From: the human T2T-CHM13v2.0 reference genome, Homo sapiens | NCBI RefSeq assembly: GCF_009914755.1 | Contig: NC_060948.1 | Strand: one strand, 5' to 3' | DNA: 64,000 bases | Shown: positions 12,400 through 24,960 of the stretch, piece after piece | Numbering within the stretch: position 1 is the stretch's first letter | How the letters are laid out: each line of letters begins with the position of its first letter | Translations under genes and position numbers: made by a program | The notes under the pieces: generated by a model | Databases searched by the model: none | The model's input: only the letters and a program-made list of their open reading frames with translations | What the model was told of the DNA's origin: nothing

Positions 12400-13760
12400 G
12401 ATGACACTCTCTCTTATTAATAATGATTTTTCTTAGTAATTTTATTTTATATGATATCAATGTAGTCACCTTCACTTTCTTTTCATACTTTATATTGCAT
12501 CAATAATTTTGCACATCTGCATTTTTGTATATAGCATATAGGTATATTTTTAAATTTGATTATTTCTGTCTTATAGGTGAAATATTTAGCTCATTCACTT
12601 TTATCAGAAATATGGCATTTTTAGATATTCGCACATATTAATTTTTGCTTTCTATTTTAAAATTTTCTATATCTCTTTCTTTATTCTTCTTTTACTCAAG
12701 TTATTTTGGGTTTTATTTATTTTTTTTTGGCTCTGTTGCCTTGGGAGCTATATACCTTACTTCTATTTTTTTAGTAGTTACCCCCTTCCAGGACCTTTCA
12801 CCTCACAGATATAACAAGGTCTGAAGATAATGCCTTAATATCTTTTCTATACAATAGAAAGACTTTTAACTCACTTAACCTAAATTTAGCCTCTCATCAC
12901 TTACATTCTATTTTGTCTAATGTCTAAGATTTGTGCTTTATTAAAACCTTCCTTAGAAACTTCTTTTTCATTGATTCATGTTAAACCATATTTTTATTAT
13001 TTTACACTGATAATTTATTTGTTAAGATTCCCCTGTTAAGTCTATAAATTTCTTTGCTTAATATTTTTTCCTTTGTCACAAATATTCATTTTGGGTTAAT
13101 TTTTCCTCTTCTTGCAATATTGAAAGAATTTTAGAGCATGTCAGTTGGTAATAAAATTGGCTGTTGTTTGAAAATTTATTTAGTTCTCATTATTGAGTAA
13201 TAATTTTTGAGAACACAATTTTGTTTTTACATTTATTTTCTCTTACACTTTTTATATACTGTCTTCTGGTTGTCCTTATTATTATTGAGATGTTTGTTTT
13301 AAGTATAATTATAATTTTTAAGCCCATATTAATTTTTAACTACTTAAAAAAAACCTTTGCCTTAATGTTTTGCAATTATATTACAATGTCTCTAGATATA
13401 TCATAATTTCCTTTACCATTTTAGTATTCATTGTATTTCCTGGTTCTTTATATTTAATTAGAGTTACAGAAGTCTTAGGAAATTTCTTGACAAATATTAT
13501 AATTCATTAACTCTGTTTATTGCTTTCTTCTGTGACTTCAATTATACCAACAGTACTCCTTTTCATTTGTTCACATTTATTAAACCTTTATATTTTCCAT
13601 CTACTTGCCTCTCAATATTCCATTCTGGGCAATTTCTTCAGGTCTATCGTTTAGTTCTAAATTTTCTTTTCAACTATGACTAAACTGTAGCTTAATCCAT
13701 CCTGTGAGTTGTTTTCGTTTTTTTTTTTTTTAATTTTTTTGACTTTTTATATCATCTATT
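12400..13760 (-). mobile_element. Degraded ancient L1M, antisense
   Basis: Very T-rich with residual antisense L1 motifs (TTTAGCTCATTCACTTTTAT, TTCTGGGCAATTTCTTCAG). Confidence 0.5.
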
Positions 13761-14333
13761 TTTTGCCCTAATGCTTAATTCAGAGCATAGCACATAGCTA
13801 TTCCCAATATGTTCTCATTAAAGGTATTTATATTTGATTTTTAAAAGTAAGTAACAATAAAACTATGACAGAGGAGCAGCTTTTTCCTTTGAAAATTGTG
13901 GTTTAAATGCAGTAAGGGTTATTAACAATTCTACATGAATGACTTCTTATTTCACTGAAGTGTTTTATAAGGTTTTTAAAACAGTACTTCATAGCATCCT
14001 GCTCTTCAAAACATCTGTGGCTCTTTTTGGTTCCTATTAAGTGATAAATAACAACAGAATTTTGGTTCACATAAGGACCTGAAACAAGAAAGTTGGTTAA
14101 GCTATTCATACTTGTTGCTTTGAAATTGGGCTCATAGAATTTAATTTTATTATGTCTATAATTTGCACTGGTATTTTGTCAATTACCTTTTTTCTTAACT
14201 TACAAGTTACTTTTTTTAAAAAAAGAAAACCATATACAAAGCTTAGATTATATAATATAATGAACTGGTCATTTTTCTTCTCATCTCTCTATTCAAATCA
14301 TAGATTTCAAAGAGTTTAAATTATTAATTAATT

Positions 14334-14349
14334 TGTGTGTGTGTGTGTG
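14334..14349. repeat. (TG)n microsatellite
   Basis: Direct reading. Confidence 0.9.
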
Positions 14350-14963
14350 TTATGTAGTGGAGAGGCAAACTTGATACATTTAATGCTTTAACATTATATA
14401 CTGATGCATTCCTAATTCAAAGTTATATCATGATATGAAGAAATATACACGTGAAGCTATTAAGAAAACATTTTTGTTTGTAAGGATTTTGAAAGTTGGA
14501 GGATCAAATAATAAAACTCAGAATTTTTCCTGTCCACAAAAAAAATGTGGAACATGAAACTCACCAAACGAGAGATATCTGAGAAATTGTAGTCAGTCCA
14601 TGATTTTTCTCCCCTCTCTGAGAACTATCACCCTCTATTCAAACAAATCTATAAGCAGAGTCCTTGGTATCATGTTTGTACTGTGTGACATTTGCCTCTA
14701 GGCCAAGGCTGATTGTCCCATGTATTTTTTTTAATTTTGAGAATTTAATTTTACATTTTTACACGTTCAAACTCAGTTACTTTTTAAATATTCCTTTTCA
14801 TTGTGTCTTTTTGTTCATTCATTTTTTCTTAATTGATGTATTTCATGAAGGTTTATTAATTTTTTAATTTGAATTATCCCTATTTCTATAATCTTTGGTG
14901 TCTATAAATCTCTTGCTTGTTGTTTCTCTTAACTCTAATTGATGGTGATTTGTTTTCTGGTTT

Positions 14964-14980
14964 TGTGTGTGTGTGTGTGT
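14964..14980. repeat. (TG)n microsatellite
   Basis: Direct reading. Confidence 0.9.
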
Positions 14981-15731
14981 AATGTTTGATTAATATTACT
15001 TAATCATTGGGAAAGTCAGTGCTTTTCTCCAGAGAACTGGGGTTTAGTTTTTCTGGTCCAGAGCCTGGACTATTCTGGCAACCTTCCAAGTTGCCATTGT
15101 TAAATTGCAAATCTCAGAGAAGGAGAGAAAGAGGAAAAGTACTATTTCACAAAAGACTCTTATTAAATGTTTTTATCATGATTTTTTTCTCCTTTTAGGA
15201 TTTTGCTTTTTGAGGTTTACCTATTATGATGATCTGTTCAATAGTAAATATTCATTCAGTTGGTGTAGATAGCTTACATAAAATTCACCAAAGAGTATTC
15301 AGGGATTATGTGAAATTCTCAGCATAACTGGTTTATTGTTTCAGCTTATTCATGCTACTCTTGCACTTTCACAATACACATTAGAATATCAAATAACTTA
15401 ATAGATATTCCATTAAAGAAACATATTTGTGTCTATATAACTGAGCATTTCCAAAATATATGTGAGTATGAAACAAACCTATTTCTAAGATAATATTTAT
15501 TAATATTTCAAGTTTAATGGAATTTGCTTTAGGAAATGCCAGCTAAATATTATATTAGCTCTGATGGGTTATTACCCATAGTTGTACCATAACTATTAAG
15601 TGATATTTTAAAATTGAGGCAAATGTCTTTTTCTCACTCAAAATCTTATATATTATACAAAAACAAAACGTGGTTTTGTCAATACCTATTTATTCCAGGT
15701 ATGAAGAATATCACACATTCTCTTCACCTAA

Positions 15732-15764
15732 ACACACAGACAGACACACACACACACACACACA
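15732..15764. repeat. (CA)n microsatellite
   Basis: Direct reading. Confidence 0.9.
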
Positions 15765-16529
15765 AACTTATCTAAAGAATCTTCCTATTGCTTACATAGT
15801 AGACATAATTAAGTAAATTTGAATGGGAGAACCAACTAATTGTGAGAATACCAATAGATATTCAGGCACTGTCTTGAGTGTCTCTGATGGATTGAGTTTC
15901 TCCAAACCTAGATTTGCTGACAGAAAAAATGTTAAAGATCCTAAATGTAAGCTAATCCTGAAAAGGAAAATCTGGCCTGATTACCCAGGCCTATTGGCAG
16001 GATCTTTCTGTTTGTAGGGGAAACTGGTTCCTGCACAGTGTGCGTTTGAGGCCACAAACTTCATGACAGCCAACCAACCTGTCCTGTGATCATAATTTGG
16101 GAAGCTTTGCAGATCGTGGTAGTATAAGTTATAAAGTCTGATAATGTTAACAATCAACTCCTTGACCCATTTTTACATCTTGGCTAGTGACTATTTTTCC
16201 TTATCAATGTATAAGGCACATTAGACTATAAGTAACATACTTTTCAAAACGACACCATTTTTTCAGTTACAGAAACAATGACAACTGGTCTTAAAATACT
16301 TAGACTCTCTTAATTTATTTCTTATGATTTGGGGAGGCAGGACTTGACAAAATTGAAATCTGTATGTGTTAGATAATTTGGGCAATTTTGAAGTAATAAA
16401 GTTTCAAAAACAAGTTATTTGACTCTCTACTATTATGTGTGAATAGTGATTAATTAGAGGAAAAAAATTTAAAATTACTTCAAAAAGAAGAGTTTCTGAA
16501 TATCCATTGATTTTCTCCCAGTTGGTCGA

Positions 16530-16551
16530 TTCCCCCATGCAAATGGGGGAA
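16530..16551. promoter_or_regulatory. Octamer motif ATGCAAAT at the centre of a 9-bp inverted repeat
   Basis: TTCCCCCAT-GCAA-ATGGGGGAA; function unproven. Confidence 0.35.
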
Positions 16552-17689
16552 GATGGCAGCATTTACACTCTATGCTAATGAAGTAAGTCACTTTTATTAC
16601 AAAAGTGCTAAAAAGTTAATGTGATCTATACTTTGCAGGACTTTTATTTGGGCTTTAGAACTAAAAGTTTACTGCTACTACATAGTTCTTACTGTATGTT
16701 TTTCTTACTTTTTTTTAATTATACTAACTGTAATAGACAGTGAATGGAAAACTTAATTTTGGGACTCTGTCATCTGCACACCTATGTTCCCAGAGTTTGA
16801 GGAATCAATGCAAGTGGTTTAGATGTGACAGTTTGGAAAAATATACTTCCCCAGTGCCTATAAAAGTAAGTACCTCCGAGTGAAGCGTTAGTATTAGGAG
16901 AGATCAGAGCCATATATGTTAATTAGCTTGTTAATTATTCTCTACTGTCACGTAAGATGAAAATTTCTATGTGTTTTCCATATATCACTTTATTAGCTTT
17001 TGAAATTTATTTTATCTCAATTTTGCCTGTATAAAATGTGGTGTATGATGTTCTGGGATACATGGGAATGGTGTGGAAATCAGAACAGGATGTGTTCCAG
17101 TCCAAACATATCTTTAGAGTTGACTGTGCCCACAAATGTGTTTCTGTGAGTGATGGTCTGACAAGTGATAGTCTGACAAGACATGACCGTTTTCCAAATT
17201 TTTACTTACAAATTAAAACACGAAAGTAAATCTATAATGTATGTTTATGAAAAATATTTTGATATCATCTCAGCCATTTAATAAGTCCCTAAAGAGGCTC
17301 TCATTTATTCCTGAAGAAGAGTCCTTAATATATTGTGAATGCTCGTTGATTCTGATAGCAAGTTGACTCCCCATTACTGCAACTGTTTTTATAATGTAGA
17401 AAGAGCGCTAAGTGTCAAGCACTTTACCTTTCCATAGCTAAGGAAATCCTTAAAAATATAATGGGGTTCCAAATCATAGAGTCATTTTAGTACTTTAATA
17501 AGACCACGATTTGTTTAATGTGAGCAGAGAAACATTGTAATCAGAATTATCCTTACCTGTAGGAGGTACAGACTCTAGTGAATTATGAGGGATGCTGGAA
17601 TGCGTTTCTGACCCAATTGATCTTGCAATTAGTACTGACCATGAAGTTTATTTGGTGATTACTTCATTTACTTAAGGCAGTAATTATGG

Positions 17690-17992
17690 GAAGAAAGGAT
17701 TGGGTAAATGTTGGTCAAAATATACAAAATTTCAGTTGGGGGAAGAAGTTCTAGAGATCTACTGTACAGTATGATGACTATAGTTAATAACAGTGTATTA
17801 ACTAGTTAATGTATAATTAATATATAATATATTTTAGGTATTCTCACCACAAAAACTGATAAGTATGTGTGGTAATGCATATGTTAATTATATTTACCTA
17901 AACCAACAATATATACATATTTTAAAGCATCGTGTCATATACCATAAATATATACAATTCTTTTTTGTCAATTAAAAATAATAATAAAAAAC
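17690..17992 (+). mobile_element. L1MB-type 3' end
   Basis: AAGTTCTAGAGATCTACTGTACAGTATGATGACTATAGTTAATAAC ... TGTCAATTAAAAATAATAATAAAAA. Confidence 0.85.
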
Positions 17993-18734
17993 AAATGTTA
18001 TCCAGAAGAGTTTTAATACTCAGAACTGTTTGATAATAACTTATTGTGTGTTAATTTATACATTGCCTTTATTTATCCCCATTCAGTTAGAGTCTGAGTT
18101 GTTACAGAGATAATGAGTCAAATATCTGGTGCATGGAGCTGTAACAGTGTGGAGGAGCATAGGATGAAACTTTGCCACAGGTGGGAAATACTAACATGCA
18201 GAAAAGGAGTCCTAAAAATGACTCAATATGTGCTAAGTAAATGACTTTTAAATGTAGTAAGTGACAATTCTGTACACAATTATTGGTAAAGAATAATTTT
18301 GGAGTCCATTTTTAGATACCTTGTCAGCTTTCAAAAATATCACCATTTGAACACAGCAAGTGGTTTCTGATTTTTATTTCTTTAATTTGCCAGATTGTTT
18401 GTATTCTTGTAATTATAACTAGCCTAAATGGATAGCTATTGAGAGTGTAGTGTCTGTGCTGAAGATGTTAATGCATTTATGTTTTCTTTATTGCTCTGGG
18501 AAATAGTGGTATTTCATGTTAACATTGTGAGTTCCTCTGTACCTCTTTAGCACACTATTTATTCCATAAATAACAGGACAATAAAAATAAAGTCGAGTGA
18601 CCACCCGCTTTAAATCTACATTCAAATCAAATTTCATCACTAAATTATTGACATAAATAAATACACATAATTGGTTTTCAAAATGTGGCTACCTCCCCAT
18701 TATTCAGGACTTGATTATACAGGTCATAAGTTAC

Positions 18735-19070
18735 TGATATGGTTTGACTCTATGTCCCCACCCAAATCTCATCTTGTAGTTCCCATAATTCCCACATGTT
18801 GTTGGAGGAACCCGGTGGAAGGTGACTGAATTATGGGGGTGGGTCTTTCCTGCACTGTTCTCGTGATAGTGAATGGGTCTCACGAGATTTGGTGGTGTTA
18901 AAAACGGGAGTTTCTCTGCACAAGCTCTCTCTTTGCCTGCCACCAACCACATAAGATATCACTTGCCTCCCCAGCCACGTGGAACTGTGAGTACAATTAA
19001 ACCTCTTTCTTTTGTAAGTTGCCCAATCTCGGTTATGTCTTTGTCAGCAGTGTGAAAACAGACTAACACA
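18735..19070 (+). mobile_element. THE1 (THE1A/B-like) solo LTR with perfect 5-bp TSD
   Basis: TGATATGGTTTG...CAGACTAACACA; GTTAC at 18730-18734 and 19071-19075. Confidence 0.95.
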
Positions 19071-20309
19071 GTTACTTAAGCTTGTTTCCTGCTTGTCAGC
19101 ATCACCACTAGAGTCAGGATTCAGGAAGACGGAAGAGGAAAAAAGCATGACAACCATGTTTGCATCCAATAATCAGTTATTCTACTGATGTTATGGGGAG
19201 GAAATTGTAGTATCTTGCTAAGATAAAGATTGTGGGTTATTAGTAGATTTAATTAGTCCATACTAAAGACTGTTATAATTAGAACTGAGAACACAAAGTT
19301 GAAATCATGTACATTTATAAACATGTATTATATCTGTATATTAGTCTATGCTATATATAAATACGAAGAAATAACTCTTCACAATGGCTATAATAAAAAG
19401 TGTAGTTACTTCCTCTTCGTGATTTTTCTTTTTACACTTAAGTTACAAGGTCCTTTTATTAAAAATCCAAATGTGAAACTCCTGTCCATCTATGGGTAAT
19501 GAAAATAAAAGTTTCATGAAATAATATTTACCCTTAATATATGTGATATACTTTTATATTGCTATCCTAGTCTATGCATATTTGATGTTTTTTAATAGTG
19601 GTCGAGCCCTACTAAATTGATAAAATGACTTGTTCATAGATTTTTAAATCACAAGTTGAAAGAAACTGTTTAGTTAACTTGACAAGCTATCTTGATGTTG
19701 TGTATCACTAGGTAACTGTAAACAGTGTAGATTGTATTTACTGCCCCTGGAAAAAAATGCCTGGATTTTATCATTACTTCCTAAAACCAGATTAACTAAT
19801 TTTTATTTTAATCGTATGTTATTATTTAATAATTAAATACATTAGGTATCACATTATGTTATTACCCAAGCCACCAATTTGTAGAAAGGAATATTAAATT
19901 TGTTTTTTAAATTCAAAATCTCTTTTGTTAATTTTTTGCCATTTAAATCTTTCTATGAAGCTGAACTCTGGTGATATAATTTAAATTAAAGATAATATTA
20001 AGGCCTTTCTCAGGTTTTATAGAGCAGTTGAAGTTAGTTTCCAGGTATTTATGGAAAATGCTACTAATGAGGGAATTAAAAAACATCAAGGGTGGAGGGA
20101 GGGGCAGAAAGCAATCTAATCAAACTATTTTTATTCAAATTTTTTGCCTTATTCATTTTATTTATTTAGTTTTAATAGATGCTATATTGACTAGTTGGAG
20201 AGCGAAAAAAGGAGTAGAGTTTGAATGGAATTACAGTACACACAAACACAAGAGACTGAAAAGAGCCTTATTCATTTATCATTAAAATGGCTTTGACTTT
20301 AAGGTAAAT

Positions 20310-20425
20310 CATGACTGTAAAGCTCATAAGTTCAGAGATTGTGCCTGTTTAATTAACTTTGATAATTCTAATATAGCCTGGTACCATAGAAGTCCTCTAT
20401 AAATGTGCATTGCATGGATACCTGA
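20310..20425 (+). mobile_element. L2 3' end fragment
   Basis: GACTGTAAAGCTCATAAG...TAGCCTGGTACCATAGAAG...ATAAATGTG resembles the L2 terminus. Confidence 0.55.
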
Positions 20426-21179
20426 ATTGATGTATAATTTTTGTACTTTTGTGAGTATTGAATATTTTGAAGTGCTGTTTTCTGCACATACCATGCACCT
20501 AATAAATATTTTTGAATGATGAACTTTTGCCTGCTTTGCTAAACTTTCACAGTTTGATAAATTTCACTAGACCAAAAATACATTAGAAAACATAGAAATT
20601 CATTTCTGTGATGACAGTGCATACAAGAAATTCCAGGTTAGTCTGATTTAATGTATTTTTTCTCAGTTGTCAAATGTGGTGCATGAAATTTTATTTCTGT
20701 ACACATATAATAAATTGTGGTTGAGATTTTGGTCTCTCTCACATTTGTTTAAATAGAAAAAGAAAATATGCTCCTAATACAGTCATCATATGAATCCTAG
20801 GATGAATCCCCATTTTTTGGAGGCTTTTAAAGCTCTAAATCTACTTCTAAAAATTATGCTGTTATCCTCTATAAAAGAGACTATTGAGAAAATTATTCAA
20901 AAGCTGTTCTTAAAATTTAACATATTTCACCCTCACATCATATTTTATAGTTTTATTTTGTACCTCAGGCCCAGATTGTTGAAAACTGAATGAATTCAAC
21001 CATTTCTTTATGTGTATAAAGCAGAAAGTAACCAACATAAAAAGATTACAATTGATCCTGAATATAAGTCAACCAAAAAAATTATCTTTCTTTTTGAACT
21101 GTATATATTGCATACATTCAAAACAATAAAGCTATTATTTGGTTAGTGTCAGAAATTTTCAAGAACTTCCAGATATTTT

Positions 21180-21700
21180 TAAAATTAACTTTAGTGAGAT
21201 ATAATTGCATACAATAAAAGGTATATACTTTAAGCATAGAGTTGCATGAGTTTTGACAAATGTGTGCACCTATGTAATAATTACACTAATCAAGGTTAAG
21301 AACATTTTTATCACCCCAAAACATATTTCTTCTCTTGGAGTAAGTTCCTATACCTCCACTGCAAACAAGCACTGATGTGATTTCTAACTCTATGTATCAG
21401 TTTTTCTTTTTCTAAAACTTGATTTAAGTTGAATATCTATCAGTATTTTTTATTTACTTTTGTATTACTCTATTGCTTGAATATATTGTATATTTTCCAT
21501 CTAATTCTCTTGTTGATGGATGTGTTGATTGTTAAAGTTATAGCCATTATTTTTTATAGCTATTATAATTTTTGCTCAAGTGACAAGTGGTTTTGTGGAC
21601 ACATTTTTGTTTCTCTTGATTTAAATCCCTAAAAGTTAAAGTCTAACAGTATAGGCTAGGTTAATATTAAGTTTATAAGAAAATGACAAATCTCTTTTTC
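21180..21700 (-). mobile_element. L1M 3' region, antisense
   Basis: TTTAGTGAGATATAATTGCATACAATAAA...GAGTTTTGACAAATG...AACATTTTTATCACCCCAAA. Confidence 0.8.
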
Positions 21701-22244
21701 AAATTCATTACGCCGTTACCACCCATCCCCAGCTTTGTGGTATATATGTATTTCATTTGAATTTACCTTTATGAGACAATTGTAACTATGAAAAACATTG
21801 GCAAACTGATCGTGTAAAGTATGACAGCTAGTATAGAATGCATTTATGGCCAAAAAAACCCCAGGGCAATATGAAATTTCCTAGTTAGTGAAAGTGGAAC
21901 CTGAAGGGTGGGTGCTTAGGTTGACAGGAAAAGGGAAGTAGAGAGGAATAAAGAGGTCAGAGTGAGATAGAGAATGAATTAGGAAACACGCACTACTTCA
22001 CCACTGTCCCTGTGTTTTCTATTCCATAGAAATAAATCTATACTTATTTTTCTGAATAAAAATTCTATTGACCTCATTTAGATTATTTTACAACCAAGAG
22101 AAAATGAGAAACACAAGGCAGCAAAATGGTAGGGCTCCTCTCACTACTAAGAAATAACAAATTTATGGCATAACTCTTGACACTGGGAGAAGATAGCAGC
22201 TTCTTGTAGAATTAAAGGAACAGACGTTGAATGAAGAGATATTG

Positions 22245-22385
22245 CAATTTTAGTCCTACTTCTGCTGTTTATTAGAGTGTGACTTTGTACATGATGCTCA
22301 ATATTTCTGAGCATCTATGATTTCATAAGTTGTATGAGAAAATTATAATGATAACCTCTCTAGCAGATTAGTTTAGGAATTCAAA
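22245..22385 (+). mobile_element. MIR fragment
   Basis: AGTCCTACTTCTGCTGTTTATTAGAGTGTGACTTTG...TCTGAGCATCT...AAAATTATAATGATAACCT. Confidence 0.55.
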
Positions 22386-23599
22386 GAATATTTTTCTCAT
22401 TTGCCTAGCTATTTTGATACATTATGAATATTAATCCTTCTTTCCATGTTTATGGGGGTTATTGCATAATAAGAAATACAACTTCATACATGTATAATCA
22501 AACCACAAGTCAAAAGGGTTGAGGATAGCCTAGATATTGCCTATGACATTTATACTCCTTACAAGACCTCTAGTATATCTTCAATTTTGAACATTGAAAG
22601 AACTAGAAGATATATTGAATTTGTTCATTTTGGCTACTACTTTCTTATTAAGAATTGCCTATTTTCTCACACTTTGAAGATCCTTGAAAAATATGACTTT
22701 TATCACAGTAATTGCACTGAGTTAACCAAAAGTGGTAGTAAGCAATGAAGCCAGCTACTTCACTCATGAGTTGTTCTTTTAGAATATGAGGCTCGTCAAT
22801 CATTTTACCCTGTTTTTATTTATTTCACATCACTTTGAAATTACTCACCTTTACATATTTGTTTATGTTCCATCTTTCCACTCAAATATAAACTCCATAA
22901 TCAGTATCAGATCAGTGTCATATCTATTGTGTTCTCCTTTTCTACCCAGCATTAACATAATGTCTGATGCATATTCTCTGTTTAATATATCTTTCTAATA
23001 AGCAGTCTCTTACTTCTTTAAAGCTTTCTTTTTGCAAACTTTCTCCTCAAGGTACTCTGAAAAGGAAAACCAAGAAGGGCCACTTTAAAATACTTCAAAT
23101 ACTTAATAAACAAGTAAACATTTGTATGATTTCTCAATAAATGTTTTACAGTTAATACTGGATATTTCCTTTCCTTAGGGAGAAAAAATAACAACAAAGT
23201 TATAGACTAATATCCATTTTTCAGTGAGCCTTTGACAGAAAAAAAATGGTCTAAATTTTCAAACTGTTGGGAGAGAGTCAGGGAGTGGCAGTGTTGACAA
23301 AAATGTTAGGTAGGTACAAGAACTGTGAAACAATGCTCTTCTCCAGCTAATGAGTGTTTTATGGCAAAGCCTTCTGGACATAGAGTTTGAAAATCAGCTG
23401 TTATTCTATCAGTGGAGGTAAAGCTTCTATTTTCTGTGACCTTTGATCACTTACTTAATTTTCTCTAAGCTAAAATTATTTTTTTACAGACTCTCAAAAA
23501 GAATGAGAAAACAAAGGGCTTATTTTAGAAAACAATCCTGAGAATAAATCCAAAGTGTTGCCAGTCATTTCGCACATTGATTTTTCTTATGGCAAACAC

Positions 23600-23960
23600 T
23601 TCTTTTTTAGTATAGATTGTTATTTATTCTTTGAGATGTAAAATTCTATGGATCTTATCAAATGCATAATGTCAGATGTCAATCATTTAGGTATCACAAA
23701 GAATACTTCAGATCCCCAACCCAGGCAATCACTGATCAGTTTACCATCTCTGTAGTTTCACCAGTTCCAGAATGTCATATAAATAGGGACATAAAGTGTG
23801 TAGCTTCTTCATACTGCCTTCCTTCACATAGCAATAGTTATGAAAGATCAATCCATGTGTTTGCATGTGTGGATACTTCAATACTTTCTTTATGAATGGT
23901 ATTCCATTGAATGGATGCACCCTAATTTGATTATGGATGCAGCAATGGAAGGACATTTTA
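23600..23960 (-). mobile_element. L1M 3' region, antisense
   Basis: CCAGGCAATCACTGATC...TTCCAGAATGTCATATAAAT...TATTCCATTGAATGGATG. Confidence 0.75.
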
Positions 23961-24093
23961 ACTTTAAGGTTTTTTTTTAAACTTTTATTTTAGGCTCAGA
24001 GGTACATATGCAGGTTTATTATATAGGTAAACTGTGAGTCACAGGAGTTTGGTGTACAGATAATTTTATCACTAGGAAAATAAGCATGGTACC

Positions 24094-24245
24094 ACCATCT
24101 TTGGGATTATGGCTGAACACCTTTAAGTAAGAATCCCACCCAGGTGGAACAATAGTTGTTGCCTTGGTAATCCTGCTCAGTATGAGAGGAACCACAGATT
24201 CAGACATTTGGTGTATGTGCTTGGCTGAGGAACCAATGGGGCCAA
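24094..24245 (+). pseudogene. 28S (LSU) rRNA fragment containing the sarcin-ricin loop, circularly permuted
   Basis: 24155-24245 matches recalled 28S GTTGTTGCCATGGTAATCCTGCTCAGTACGAGAGGAACCGCAGGTTCAGACATTTGGTGTATGTGCTTGGCTGAGGAGCCAATGGGGCGAA; 24094-24154 matches the immediately downstream ACCATCTGTGGGATTATGACTGAACGCCTCTAAGTCAGAATCCCGCCCAGGCGGAACGATA; many differences are CpG decay. Confidence 0.93.
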
Positions 24246-24276
24246 AATGATCTCAGCCTATTCTGGAACTTTAATT

Positions 24277-24960
24277 GGGGTGATTGACCCAGACTATCAA
24301 GATTAAATCAGTCTACTACTCCACAATAAAGGTAAGGAAGAGTATGCGTGGAATACAGGAGATCTCGTAGGCTGTCTCTTAGTATTACCATGCCTCCTGA
24401 TTAAGTTCAATGGGAAACTACAACAGCCCAATCCAGGCAGGACTACAAATGGCCCAGACCCTTCAGGAATGAAGGTTTGGGTCACTGCAGCAGGTAAAAC
24501 TCCATGACCTGCTGAGGTGCCTGCTAAAGGCAAAGGGAATACAGAATGGATAGTAGAAGGTAGTCATCAATACCTGCTACAACTACATGACCAGCTGCAG
24601 AAATGAGCACTGTAATTGTCATGAGTATTTCCTCCTTATGTTGTTAAGAACATGTTTGTGTTGTATTAAGAAAATATGTTCATTTTATTTCCTTTTATAT
24701 CATGTGACATAAGATTTATTGACTTCATATCAGCATTTAAGTTTTGTTAATGTAATAGCATTTGTGTTGGGGATTGGTTCATTTCTGGTTATACAAAGGA
24801 AAGCTGTATTGTGCTAGGTGTAATTATGACCTTATTATTGTCTTTATTTGGAGATTATATACTATTTCAATAATGTGTATGGTTTTAAGTTGACATGGGG
24901 CAGATTTGTGATGGTTAATATTGAGTGTCAACTTGACTGGATTGAAGAATGCAAAGTATC
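24277..24960 (+). mobile_element. HERV-L internal 3' fragment (dUTPase remnant, polypurine tract) plus first ~54 bp of an MLT2 LTR
   Basis: Translation from 24277 gives GVIDPDYQD*ISLLLHNKGKEEYAWNTGD (dUTPase motif 3-like, with a stop); LTR start TGTGATGGTTAATATTGAGTGTCAACTTGACTGGATTGAAG at 24907. Confidence 0.9.

Noticed and set aside
17551-17560. Strong minus-strand splice donor (ACAG|GTAAGG)
   Set aside because: No convincing partner acceptor or coding frame.
19260-19670. Possible hAT/Charlie DNA transposon remnant
   Set aside because: Only a vague terminal resemblance; no paired inverted repeats or TSD identified.
24094-24245. Functional rRNA gene
   Set aside because: Only ~150 nt, permuted, CpG-decayed including within the sarcin-ricin loop, and no flanking rDNA.
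24277-24610. Intact retroviral dUTPase
   Set aside because: 5'-truncated, with an in-frame TAA at 24304-24306.
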